A stretch of 63,014 nt of DNA, counting the filler, from Lenisia limosa (Eukaryota > Protista > Breviatea): NCBI GenBank assembly GCA_001655205.1. It is 13 parts of 13 records of this genome, joined end to end, with 100 filler letters (N's around TTAATTAATTAA, not from the genome) between each part and the next. Parts side by side here need not be neighbours in the genome. Positions count along the whole stretch, not along the records: positions 47,476 to 51,092 come from LPNZ01011209.1; positions 51,193 to 56,227 come from LPNZ01005935.1; positions 56,328 to 57,721 come from LPNZ01009547.1; positions 57,822 to 59,454 come from LPNZ01003061.1; 9 more parts are not named here. The stretch is one strand, 5' to 3'. Positions 48,180 to 59,554 of this stretch are shown here, in pieces. How positions within the stretch are numbered: position 1 is the first letter of the stretch; each line of letters starts with the position of its first letter. Made by a program: the position numbers and the translations under genes. The notes under the pieces were generated by a model. It searched no databases and was not told the DNA's origin. It worked only from the letters and a program-made list of their open reading frames with translations.

Positions 48180-50550
48180 GTGGAGGGTATCGCTTGCGGC
48201 TGATAAGCCTTCATTCTGGTTTATGGAAATGTATTTCATGAATGAGAAATTCCGATTAAAAAGTTGGTCTTCCTATTATTTCTGGGAATACCATGGTTCC
48301 TCTTCGACTGGGTACTTGACGGGTATCAATCATCGCTAGGAGATTGCAGCATCGTTTAAAAATACAATTCCATTAAATAAACCTAAAGTAATACACACGA
48401 AACAAAAAAAGTCAAAACGCCTCAGATCTCTTCATCACTTGAAGGTGCTGAACCATGAGAGCCGAAGAAAGTCAAGGTTTAAACACATGCCTCCAAAAAC
48501 ACCCGCAAAATGTCGCCCTCTATTCAACACTGCGGCGCATCGACTTGGGGAATCCCATAGATTTCTTTAAATTCCCATAAAAATTATGTAAAATAGAGGA
48601 ATTCCAATAGATGTCTTGACCCCCCCCCCCCCACCACGANNNNNNNNNNNNNNNNNNNNNNNNNNNNNNNNNNNNNNNNNNNNNNNNNNNNNNNNNNNNN
48701 NNNNNNNNNNNNNNNNNNNNNNNNNNNNNNNNNNNNNNNNNNNNNNNNNNNNNNNNNNNNNNNNNNNNNNNNNNNNNNNNNNNNNNNNNNNNNNNNNNNN
48801 NNNNNNNNNNNNNNNNNNNNNNNNNNNNNNNNNNNNNNNNNNNNNNNNNNNNNNNNNNNNNNNNNNNNNNNNNNNNNNNNNNNNNNNNNNNNNNNNNNNN
48901 AGGAGAGGGAGTTTGAAACGGACAATTGAAACATAAAAAAAACACCACAATCAAATATTGGTGCCATCATGTTACTAAGATATAGTAAAATATAAAATAG
49001 GGATGAGAAACAAAAAAAAGGTTGGATCACCGCTTATAAGAGATATTGGATGTTAAGTAAAATATGAATTCAGCCGTTCCTACCTGCCTAGGTATTGGCT
49101 TGGGGGCAGGGTGGGGCGTGGGCAAGGGCTGTGAACTACTGGGATATGAGTGTGAGGAAGGGCACTAATCCACGAACCGAATAATCTGAAACTCCAAACA
49201 AAAAAACAAAAAAAAAACTGGAGGGGGGGTAAACATAAAGCCCTGCATTTCTTATGATTATATAATTCTGTAATATATCCAAATATATCTTATAATATTG
49301 TAAAATACAGGTAAAAGGTTTTATTAATTATTAATTCAGCGTAATGTCAGAATGTCAGAGTAATTATGTATAATGTTGTAATACAAAACATTAACAAAGC
49401 AAAATAAAATCAAACTGTTGGCTAAACCTTGGGAAACACAAGCGTTCAAAACAAAAATAAACCAAAAAAAAAAACAAAGCCCACCAGTCGCTTCTGCAGC
49501 ACCAGTAATGAGGTTAAAATACGTCTGTATGTGATTGTTTTCCTTCCCCCATATCCTTTCCTCCACCTTACTGGGGGAGGGGGGAGGGGGGTGGAATTAA
49601 TTTTGATACACTCTATATCTTCCATCATACCCCCACCCCTCCCTACTATTTCCTTAATATACAGTGACAGGGATAAGTCTTGATCGATTTTCAATGTGAT
49701 TCCCCTAGGAACATTGGGCATGTCTCTACATGTATCCCCCTCCCCCCACATATTTCTAGGAGGCCCTGAAGAATTGGTCCGACTATGACCGGAACTTTTG
49801 GACGGTTGAGAAGGGGGAGTTGTGCGTGGGAGCNNNNNNNNNNNNNNNNNNNNNNNNNNNNNNNNNNNNNNNNNNNNNNNNNNNNNNNNNNNNNNNNNNN
49901 NNNNNNNNNNNNNNNNNNNNNNGAAGTAAAACGAAGGAAATTTCGACAAAGAATATTGGCGTAAAGGTACTAATCATCAATCGAATAATCTATAAAAATG
50001 GGAAATTTGTAACAAAAAAAACCAAAATCACCTCTGTTGGCTGACAACACACGAGGGTTGATGAAAACAAAANNNNNNNNNNNNNNNNNNNNNNNNNNNN
50101 NNNNNNNNNNNNNNNNNNNNNNNNNNNNNNNNNNNNNNNNNNNNNNNNNNNNNNCAAGAAGCCAACCGGTGGAAGTACGATTGGTGGGCTTTGGCGGTGG
50201 GTAGTTTGATTTGGCACTTGGGGGAGGAGAAGTCGGGAGGGACCGCAGACTTGAAATGTGGTCTTCTCGCAATGAGACAAGATGGGTCAAGGTCTTTGAA
50301 GTTTCCTGGGGGGGGGGGTAACAATACATGTCCATTTTATGACAAAACACTCGCATGTTGTCTAAAGCAAAATTCTAAAGGTTTTGAGGATCAGATTTAA
50401 AAGACTGGGGAGAAGACGATAGTAACCAAAAGAAATATAAGAAGAGGAAAACCAGCATGAAGATGCACCAACCTCGATTGACCTGGAGTTATTGGAGCAA
50501 CATGCCATAATCACTGCATTTGACGAAATTGTTGTTGGTAACTGATTGTC
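48180..50550 (-). CDS. Fragmented exons of unknown Pro/Ser-rich gene(s)
   Basis: ETSKTLTHLVSLREDHISSLRSLPTSPPPS; LPRTTPPSQPSKSSGHSR; AMIDTRQVPSRRGTM|NEGLSAASDTLHPSE*; interrupted by gaps. Confidence 0.35.
49923..50072 (-). repeat. Family D fused directly to family E
   Basis: Minus strand: ttttcatcaaccctcgtgtgttgtcagccaacagaggtgattttgg..cccatttttatagattattcgattgatgattagtacctttacgccaatattc..gaaatttccttcgttttacttc. Confidence 0.75.
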
Positions 50551-50665
50551 AGAAATAGGAGGGACAACATCACAGACAAAAAAAAAACAGTTGGCAAAAT
50601 ACCGATACTTAGGTTAGACCGTGACCCCCTCCCTGTACCAATAGATCCTTTACCCTCGGGGCACT

Positions 50666-50942
50666 TGCAATTAATTGCCAATTAATTGAAAATAATTGCG
50701 TAATAAGTTGCAATCTTTTGTAGAAAATCATATTATCTGCAACATTATTTTGAAATAAAGCTAATTATTGCGTGGCTGTTGGAAACTTTCAAAAATACAA
50801 AGGTTTAAACAGTTTTATATCAGATTTTATGAGTCTTAATAAAATACTGAAGAATATACTTGTGCTCAGCCAAAAATACGGAAGTTTATTTCTCTTTTTA
50901 CGCAACTAATTACATTTTTCAATTAATTGGCAATTAATTGCA
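50666..50942. mobile_element. MITE-like element family F (~280 bp)
   Basis: IR tgcaattaattgccaattaattgaaaa / ttttcaattaattggcaattaattgca; related ends caattaattgcac(g/a)gagtc near 54735 and 60580. Confidence 0.65.
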
Positions 50943-50986
50943 CGGACCCCCCTTCCCCCCAGCCTATCCAATGATCCACTGACAGT

Positions 50987-51058
50987 GATACGTCCTGACA
51001 GGGGTAATGAGCTTTATCTTGAGTAAATCGTGTCAGGACTTATCGCGGTCAGCGTATA
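50987..51058. mobile_element. Short Tc1/pogo-type MITE family C (TIR CA(C/G)TGACCGGGATAAGTCTTGAC)
   Basis: cactgacagtgatacgtcctgaca ... tgtcaggacttatcgcggtcagcgta; solo ends near 4096, 22135, 22345, 39475, 43587, 49655 and 54088. Confidence 0.6.
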
Positions 51059-51753
51059 TACACCCCTCATCATCCTTCTACCCCCCCCCCCCNNNNNNNN
51101 NNNNNNNNNNNNNNNNNNNNNNNNNNNNNNNNNNNNTTAATTAATTAANNNNNNNNNNNNNNNNNNNNNNNNNNNNNNNNNNNNNNNNNNNNCAGCAATC
51201 TCGCCAAAATAAAAATGTTGTCATCAACAAATAAAAGTTTTTGTTAGCAATAAGAGTTAGTTATATGCCATATTTTTAGCAAAATTGTCCGTAAATTTCA
51301 AAAAAAAAATCACAGATAGAGGAAAATTTATATGGACGGTGTGACATATATTATATCTAACAACAACAACAACAAAAAAAAAAAAAAACNNNNNNNNNNN
51401 NNNNNNNNNNNNNNNNNNNNNNNNNNNNNNNNNNNNNNNNNNNNNNNNNNNNNNNNNNNNNNNNNNNNNNNNNNNNNNNNNNNNNNNNNNNNNNNNNNNN
51501 NNNNNNNNNNNNNNNNNNNNNNNNNNNNNNNNNNNNNNNNNNNNNNNNNNNNNNNNNNNNNNNNNNNNNNNNNNNNNNNNNNNNNNNNNNNNNNNNNNNN
51601 NNNNNNNNNNNNNNNNNNNNNNNNNNNNNNNNNNNNNNNNNNNNNNNNNNNNNNNNNNNNNATTAGTATTGATATAATATATAGATAATACATATATCTA
51701 GTGATCTCTGATTCAGACTGATATCAAAGTATTATATGATATGTCGAAAAATA

Positions 51754-52096
51754 TATAGCATCTTGCCGAAGCTGTCTAGAACATCACGCTTAGAGATATT
51801 GAATTATAGCATCTTGCCGAAGCTGTCCAGAACATCACGCTTAGAGATATTGAATTATAGCATCTGGCCGAAGCTGTCCACACCATCACGCTTAGAGATA
51901 TTGAATTATAGCATCTGACTGAAGCTATCCACATCATCACGCTTAGAGATATTGAATTATAGCATCTGGCCGAAGCTGTCCACACCATCACGCTTAGAGA
52001 TATTGAATTATAGCATCTGACTGAAGCTGTCCACATCATCACGCTTAGAGATATTGCATTATAGCATCTGGCCGAGGCTGTCCACATCATCACGCT
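51754..52096. repeat. 51-bp tandem array (~6.7 units) derived from family B
   Basis: tatagcatctggccgaagctgtccacaccatcacgcttagagatattgaat; no spacers; units 3/5 and 4/6 alternate. Confidence 0.9.
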
Positions 52097-52799
52097 CATA
52101 AAAAGGCTCCATCTTGCCACATGGATGTGTACTCATATGATATTATTGTTAAAGAGACCACAATATTAAATGTCAAAAGAGTAGATTTTTTTTTGATATC
52201 TCCAAAAAGACTTCCGTTTTTATCGCACAACATTATACACAAAGTAAATATTGATAAATCCTCGATAAAAATAATTATGTTATCCGTGTTTTGGAAGCGA
52301 AAGAGAAGCTCTGTCACAAAAGTAATAATATCTACATATCATATCATATACATATCTAGATATATGTATAGTATATATATAATGTACAACTCAAAAAAAA
52401 ACTCTTACGATTTCATTGTTATTTGCGGGGGAAGTGGACGAGTACGGGCATGGTATTGGTACGCTAGCAGAGCAGTAGTGATCTGGGGGAATGGGAGAGG
52501 AGTTGGAGAGGAGTGAAATGTGTGGAAGTTGTGTCAGTTTAAGCGAAGTTGAGCCATATTTGAGAGTGATCTGCGGTATATTTGAGTTGATTTTGAGAGT
52601 TTTGAGTGAAACTTGAAAGTAAAGCCAAAGAAAACAAATTTGAGACCCCCCCCCNNNNNNNNNNNNNNNNNNNNNNNNNNNNNNNNNNNNNNNNNNNNNN
52701 NNNNNNNNNNNNNNNNNNNNNNNNNNNNNNNNNNNNNNNNNNNNNNNNNNNNNNNNNNNNNTTCGGAGTAATTCAGTCTTTTTTTGAAGCGAAGTGAAG

Positions 52800-55700
52800 C
52801 GTCCGCACAACATATAATAGTACAGCTCCACCCCCCGCACTAATTGGACAGCCAAGGCACGTTCCAGTTGTTTTGTTGTGATAGGACCCTTCAGGACACG
52901 CGGCACACATAATATCGACAACATTAAATGCTTGAGAGATAAATTGCGTGAATGTTGATAGATGAATTGCCTGAATGTTCAGAGTGAATGAAGAGAGATG
53001 AATTTTGTGAATTTCGATTTGGGGACGAGAAACAAAAATGAAGCACCAAGCTGAAGCCATCCATATCATTACGTTTCACAGGTATTGGAGGATAGTGATA
53101 AAAGCCGTCCGTATCATTAATCACGTTAAAAAGGGATAAAGTATTTGGCAGTAACAGCCGATCCCCCGAGAATTAAAAGTCTCTATTGAAACTAGGACCA
53201 GGAAGAGCGAGCGGTTGATCTGTACTTATAACGCTGAAACCCTCTCACCAAGTTCTGTGAACGGATGTTTGCAGATTATGTTGGTCACAGTAGTTCCAGA
53301 TTCCTAAATCGTGAATAAGCTTCCCGTCCACAATTATTAGAACTTGACCAAACCCTTGATGGTTTTCGAGGATTTATCGAGAAATTCAGTCTTTTTCGAA
53401 CCGAAGTAAAGCCCTAGATATGGGTCAACCCCCCCCCTCTCTCTCACGTGCATCGGATTCAAGGGAGTACATCCCAGGCTATCAACAAAATAGTTCCCAG
53501 GGGGGCAGGGAGAGCAGTTACCGTCAGTTGACCAATTGTCAGCTTATATGTGAGAAAATGTGAGATGAACCAATTGTCGGCATATGATGTGGACCAATTA
53601 TCATTTAGCCTGTGAGAGAATGGGTTTTTTTTGAAATAATATTACAAACTAAAGGAAAATTAAATATTATCAAAATAATATAATAAAAACAAAACAATTA
53701 TCTGAAATTCCATTCTGCACCCCCCCCCCCTTTGTTTGGTTTCCCAAAGCATCCCTCTCACGTGCACACGAGATGGCAGTATTCCCGATAATATAATGGC
53801 CAAAAAGGGGTGCAACACAGCCGTTTATGGGGTCACCAGTGGAAAGGGTTCCTAATAGGATATCAGAGGACGCTTTGGAGTAACGATGCATTTGAACAGA
53901 GTGGATATTCAGTGTCCGTGGTATGCTTCGGTTCGGGAAAATATCGGGAGTTTTCCAGGATTTATCGAGAGATTCAGTCTTTTTCGAACCAAAGTGAAAT
54001 CCTAGTGGTCGATTCCTTGTGAAAATGGACACACCAAAAAATCTCATATTGAACTTGACTATTTGCTTTAAAATATCCGGAAAACTGTCAAGACTTATCA
54101 AGGTCATTGTATGTAGCCACCTCAGTACCATTCGGACAGTCGTAACAATTGGAGTCTTCTTTCACATACTCGCCTGCCTAATATCGTAAATTTTCTCGAT
54201 TATGCATACATGCGTAAATGTTGCAGATTATTCATGTAGTATATCGATAAACAAAGCCTCTAAATATAGCTTCGAAGAAGTGTACACAAAGTCTCAAAAT
54301 ATAGTTTGGGAGAAGTTCACACAGTTTCAAAATATAGCTTGGAAGAAGTTACACAAAGTCTCTAAATATAACTTGGAAGAAGTTGATTGACCCCCCCCCC
54401 CCCNNNNNNNNNNNNNNNNNNNNNNNNNNNNNNNNNNNNNNNNNNNNNNNNNNNNNNNNNNNNNNNNNNNNNNNNNNNNNNGATTAATCCACAAATTCAG
54501 TCTTTTTTTTACGAACCGAGACGTATTCCCCTCCCTACTGGGCAAATCACACCACAATGTGCACCCAAACAAGGCGCACCTAAATGATCAAATCGAAAAT
54601 GTAGAAGAGAATAATCTTGGGTTCTGTGTAATTAATATTGTGAGGCAATTAATTGACAAATTTGAAATTAAAGCGGCTAAAATGGAGAGTACATTACAAT
54701 ATGTCGCACTTCAAATTTAGCATTAATATTTCAATTAATTGCACGGAGTCCATCCTATTTGTCTCCCTTGATTTATTCAATGTAACTACTTTTGCTCTCA
54801 ATGTTTTGGTAATGTGATTTGTTCTCAATTTGTCTCGTACAGTTAGTATCTATCAATTACACCCCCCCCCCAACCAATACACGCATTTACCGAGCTGTTT
54901 CCGACAACAATGAGGTTTTGGAATGTACCAGGATAGCCGAAGTTAAACCGGCCGTATTGACACTGATGACAGTTTTCCGTGTCTGGATCAAAGTACTCGT
55001 CCATGTCACAATACTCGCAATTTGCTAGATAATGGTTTCCAGCACTGCTGTAAGTACCGAGGGGACAGCTGAAAGTAGGTCAAAAAATAGGACAACAAAA
55101 TGGACAGGTATGGCTGGAACACAAAAATAACAATAAGCCAATCTAACACCAAAAATGCGCAAATTTAGCACCCAAATTTAGCGCGAATAATGATATAATC
55201 GCGAATATATCACCAAACGTACGAAATTGGAAACACAATTGCGCGAATGTAGTACAAAAAATGACCGCTAATAAAGCAAAAATAAATAATCGCGAACTGA
55301 GAATAAATGCCGACCCATACGGTTGTATATATACAAAAACAATTTCCCTATTTGACATTTCCATCCTATTTTTTCCCCATTAACCTCTTAAAGGTGCCTT
55401 TACTTTCTACGAAAACACTGTCATCCCCACATACGGTACATATAGCCATGAGAAACAATAACTAGGTCTTTACGGTCCCAAAAAAAGACCGAATATCTCG
55501 ATAAATATGATAAATATCGATAATTAAACGGTCACTTTCGGACAGCAGGGAAGCCCTAATAATAACAAAAAAACAATGTCATCCTCCACATTCGGTCATT
55601 TAGCCATGAGAAATTTTAACAAAAAACAAGGTTGTATCCCCACATACGGAACAGCTTGTTCGTCACCAACGAAGGATTTGTAGTGGTTTCGGGGGGTTGG

Positions 55701-56160
55701 TAGACACAGTCTGACATTTGTCAACAAAGAAAAAACGTGAAGAGATTGACAAGATTAAAAGGAAGAAATGGGTAAAAATAGCTCATATATCCCCTTGTAG
55801 TATTGACCCATATCCAGGAGTGATATGTAGCTTCCTTACGGTCCCAAAAAAGACTGAATTTCTCGATAAATCCTGGATTAATATCGAATATTTTACCGGT
55901 CTTTTTCGAACCGAAGGGAAGCCCTACTGATATGATCATTAGGCCGACTTTCGAGTCGAAACGATGAACGAAGGTCCATACCATCACGGTAAAAGAGATC
56001 ATGGATTTTAGTGTACAAGTACAGCAGAAAGTGGTATCAGGCCGAAGCCGTTCACAACAGTCACAGTCATGTTTTACTTAACATTTTACTTGAAATCCAG
56101 CGTACCCGTCCACTCTGTAGTACCCACGGTCGCAAAGACACTCCGTTATACTGTGATGGA
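52800..56160 (-). CDS. Second large Cys-rich (GCC2/EGF-type) surface protein, partial
   Basis: ECLCDRGYYRVDG; SCPLGTYSSAG..CEYCDMDEYFDPDTENCHQC; GEYVKEDSNCYDCPNG; CAACPEGSYHNKTTGTCLGCP. Confidence 0.7.
54252..54387. repeat. Degenerate ~34-bp tandem repeat x4
   Basis: caaagtctctaaatatagcttggaagaagttaca units. Confidence 0.75.
55463..55558. mobile_element. hAT-type MITE family A, TSD 7/8
   Basis: Flanks acaataac / ataataac. Confidence 0.8.
55828..55926. mobile_element. hAT-type MITE family A, TSD 7/8
   Basis: Flanks gtgatatg / ctgatatg. Confidence 0.8.
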
Positions 56161-56514
56161 GGTGAGTTTGCTTTTTTAAAAAAAGTCAGTGGGGGGGGGG
56201 GGTAAATTGGGGGTAAATTGGAAAATTNNNNNNNNNNNNNNNNNNNNNNNNNNNNNNNNNNNNNNNNNNNNTTAATTAATTAANNNNNNNNNNNNNNNNN
56301 NNNNNNNNNNNNNNNNNNNNNNNNNNNCCCAATTTTTGTCCGCCCAAATCCCGGTTGAGGCCCCAGTATTATATTAGTATTATTCTCTTGCTTTTTCATG
56401 GTCCCAATTAATTCTCAATATTTGACATAGCAGAAAAACTGAAGTGTCTACCTAATGAAAATAATTCGATTAATCATGATAAACCCTCGATAAACCCTCG
56501 ATATTATACCACTC

Positions 56515-56895
56515 TTAGGAAAACTGTCGTGAAGCCAGCATTGTTTCGGATGCTGCTATGGTCCTCATCAACCACCCTCCTGAAGGCGAAAACTGCAATC
56601 GTATGAGGGGTTCTATTTTGTCTACACCGGATTTTTATATGATATCATTAGGCCTTCACTTTGGTTCGAAAAAACCCCGGGAAAATCGATAGTTTTCGAG
56701 GATTTATCGAGAAATTCAGTCTTTTTTCGAACCGAAGTGAAGCCCTAGATATAACACATTAGATATCCTCTCCCTTTCGCACCATTGGCGTTGACTATGC
56801 TGAGAACCATGAAAGCATTCCGCACTCTTTCGGGCCAATTAACCTGGGAAATGTCATGCCCAAATGTAACGTCGGAATTTCCAAGTGAGAAAAGT
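56515..56895 (+). CDS. Internal exons of an unknown gene
   Basis: ENCREASIVSDAAMVLINHPPEGENCN; SPFRTIGVDYAENHESIPHSFGPINLGNVMPKCNVGIS. Confidence 0.4.
56649..56747. mobile_element. hAT-type MITE family A, TSD 6/8
   Basis: Flanks gatatcat / gatataac; near-consensus TIRs. Confidence 0.8.
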
Positions 56896-57494
56896 ACCAA
56901 CCATAAAAGAGGAGTGAGTGTTTATACCCCCCCCCCCCNNNNNNNNNNNNNNNNNNNNNNNNNNNNNNNNNNNNNNNNNNNNNNNNNNNNNNNNNNNNNN
57001 NNNNNNNNNNNNNNNTTTGAGAAACAAAAAAATGCCAAAAATCAACTCTTTTCTTTTTTTAAAAAAAAAGAAAGAAAGAAAAAAAGGAGATTGTTATTGC
57101 TGTCGTGATGGACGAGGATTTTATGTGTGTGTGTGTGTATGGGGAATTTACTCAAAAAAGGGTAGTGTAAATTTATTATAACCCCCCCCCCCCCNNNNNN
57201 NNNNNNNNNNNNNNNNNNNNNNNNNNNNNNNNNNNNNNNNNNNNNNNNNNNNNNNNNNNNNNNNNNNNNNNNNNNNNNNNNNNNNNNNNNNNNNNNNNNN
57301 NNNNNNNNNNNNNNNNNNNNNNNNNNNNNNNNNNTTTTACCGGTCTTTTTTGAACCGAAATGAAGCCGTACGCTGAATGTTTGCTGTGCTCATGTTACAA
57401 GAGAAATACTATTAACAAAGGAAGAATAATGCTTTCTCTATTCGATGGCTTGCTTTTTTCGCCTTGTGCCTCATATTGTTGGATGAGGTCCTGG

Positions 57495-57615
57495 CAGCTT
57501 AAGAAGAGACTGGCATGGGCATTATTTTGTTTTGTTGTTATCAACCCTAGTGTGATGTCAGACAACAGAATTGATTTTGGGCTTTTTTTGTTTCATCAAT
57601 TTTCCAACCCCCCTT
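57495..57615 (+). repeat. Intronic repeat family D copy
   Basis: gaagagactggcatgggcattattttgttttgttgttatcaaccctagtgtgatgtcagacaacagaattgattttgggc. Confidence 0.75.
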
Positions 57616-57821
57616 CAAATAGTTTGTTTCATATTTTGACATTACCCGCCCGGGTGATTTATAATATTGTCTTTTTTTTCTCTCTTTTTTTTTCTCTCTC
57701 TTGTTTATCTTTTTTTTTTTTNNNNNNNNNNNNNNNNNNNNNNNNNNNNNNNNNNNNNNNNNNNNTTAATTAATTAANNNNNNNNNNNNNNNNNNNNNNN
57801 NNNNNNNNNNNNNNNNNNNNN

Positions 57822-59330
57822 CCCGGCAAATCCGCAAGGACCGTCGTCCCAGCCTACACCAGCCCTCCCGCCAAACATTTCATCCCCTTCCAGCAAAATC
57901 CCTATTGACACAAGACCGCAGCACTGTAGTAATGAAAACTCTGCTGCTGTAATAGCTCCACAAAACATACCGTCACCTACAAATGCCCAGCGCTCGGGGT
58001 CACAAGCTTCAATGGCCGTCAACATCACTCAGAGCCAGGAAACGAACTTGACCGCACCAAGACCGGTTTTACCCAGGACGGTGTCTGAGTCATCGTCCAT
58101 TACGTCGATGACGTCGTCAAACAGGTACTTTTGGATTAAGGCTAGGACTTCACTTCGGTTCAAAAAAGACTGATTTTTAATTTTCGAAAACTATCGATCG
58201 ATACCTGTCTTTTTTGTACCGAAGTAAAGCCCTAACCTAAATAAGTATCGTCTATGGATCGTTGAAATTCCGCTTTTTGAGAATAAGAGAATATATCACA
58301 TTCATAAAGAGATAAAAAATACATTGAGATAACACAAACACAATACCATGCTACTGCGAGCCTCGCAAACTATAAAATGTTAATGTGTTAATTTGAAAGT
58401 TCGTGATTGCAGGGATTAGTATGGGGTTTGCTTTTAGGGATTTCGTGAAATTAATTGGAAAATTAGTTTCAAAATGTGAAGTGTGACATAGTGATGGGAA
58501 CTAAATTTTAGGAACTTAAAATTAATATCATAAAAAATCATTGCCAGGTTTCCTACTTTTTTGATTGACCAAACATTCTTATTTCTCTCTAGCACACACC
58601 GGACACCTTCTGAGTCTCTGAGTCTCCTCCAGAAAGCCATACCCGATAAAGAGATCGCAATGATGCCTTATTACGTGAAAAAGGTTGGTGGCAGCTAGAG
58701 CTTCCCTATGGTCCCAAAATAAACTGAATTTCCAGATAAATCCTCTAAAAATATCGATATTTTGACGGTCGTTTTCGGACCACAGGGAAGTCCTAGTGGC
58801 AACAGTGTATTCATTACCACTTTTGGTGTTCCAAGGGCTTCCTTATGGTCCTAAAGATTGATATTATTAAATATTAACTTGTTGAGGGTCTAATTTGCAA
58901 CAACTTGAAGTAATTGGTTACTGTTCTTGGGGAAGGAACCCCGCTTACGGGGCTATATTGCAGCGTAGTTGATTAATATGTTCTAGGGGAAGGAAGACCG
59001 CTTATCGGGTCTTGTGTTTTGCTTCGACAAAGAGTCCTTGACAGTTCCCGTTGACAAAGACAGGTTGGCTGAAGCTTCACTACGTTCTTAAGAGGTCAAA
59101 AATGCTCTTGTTTTTATTGAAGAATTATTGAGCTATTTAGTCATTTTTGGTACCAGTGAAGCTCTACTCTTATCACCATATCACCAATATTATATTTCAT
59201 ATCCCTTTGTCAACAAATTAGTGTGGCTATTCTGAACCAGCTATTTCGAAACCAGCGGAAGCTAAAGAGGAGAATGATTGCCTTCGACGCCTCGCATATC
59301 GCCCCTTTGTTGGGCGGAACCAATCTCACA
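57822..59330 (+). CDS. Exons of an unknown gene (Pro/Ser-rich exon then globular exons)
   Basis: Open frame 57823-58120 ending at a GT; THRTPSESLSLLQKAIPDKEIAMMPYYVKK; LFRNQRKLKRRMIAFDASHIAPLLGGTNLT. Confidence 0.45.
58143..58234. mobile_element. hAT-type MITE family A copy
   Basis: TAGGACTTCACTTCGGTTC...GTACCGAAGTAAAGCCCTA. Confidence 0.75.
58696..58795. mobile_element. hAT-type MITE family A, TSD 7/8
   Basis: Flanks gtggcagc / gtggcaac; inserted ~12 nt after a splice donor. Confidence 0.8.
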
Positions 59331-59554
59331 CGTGCGCCTCTGGGAGAGAGGGATATTTACTGTATTTACTGTATTTGCTTTTTATTTTTTATTTTTTTTA
59401 TCATTTTTTCTTAGGAGGGGGGTAACTTGATTTGATGAAGAGGGGGGGGGGGGGNNNNNNNNNNNNNNNNNNNNNNNNNNNNNNNNNNNNNNNNNNNNTT
59501 AATTAATTAANNNNNNNNNNNNNNNNNNNNNNNNNNNNNNNNNNNNNNNNNNNN

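Noticed and set aside
51754-52096. CRISPR-like appearance of the 51-bp array, and its 17-aa repeat ORFs
   Set aside because: Units are contiguous with no unique spacers, there are no cas genes and the context is eukaryotic; the ORFs are by-products of a stop-free 51-bp unit.
13807-59510. Recurrent TTAATTAATTAA motif
   Set aside because: Always centred in 44+44 Ns; an assembly linker, not biology. Gene neighbourhoods across it were not interpreted.
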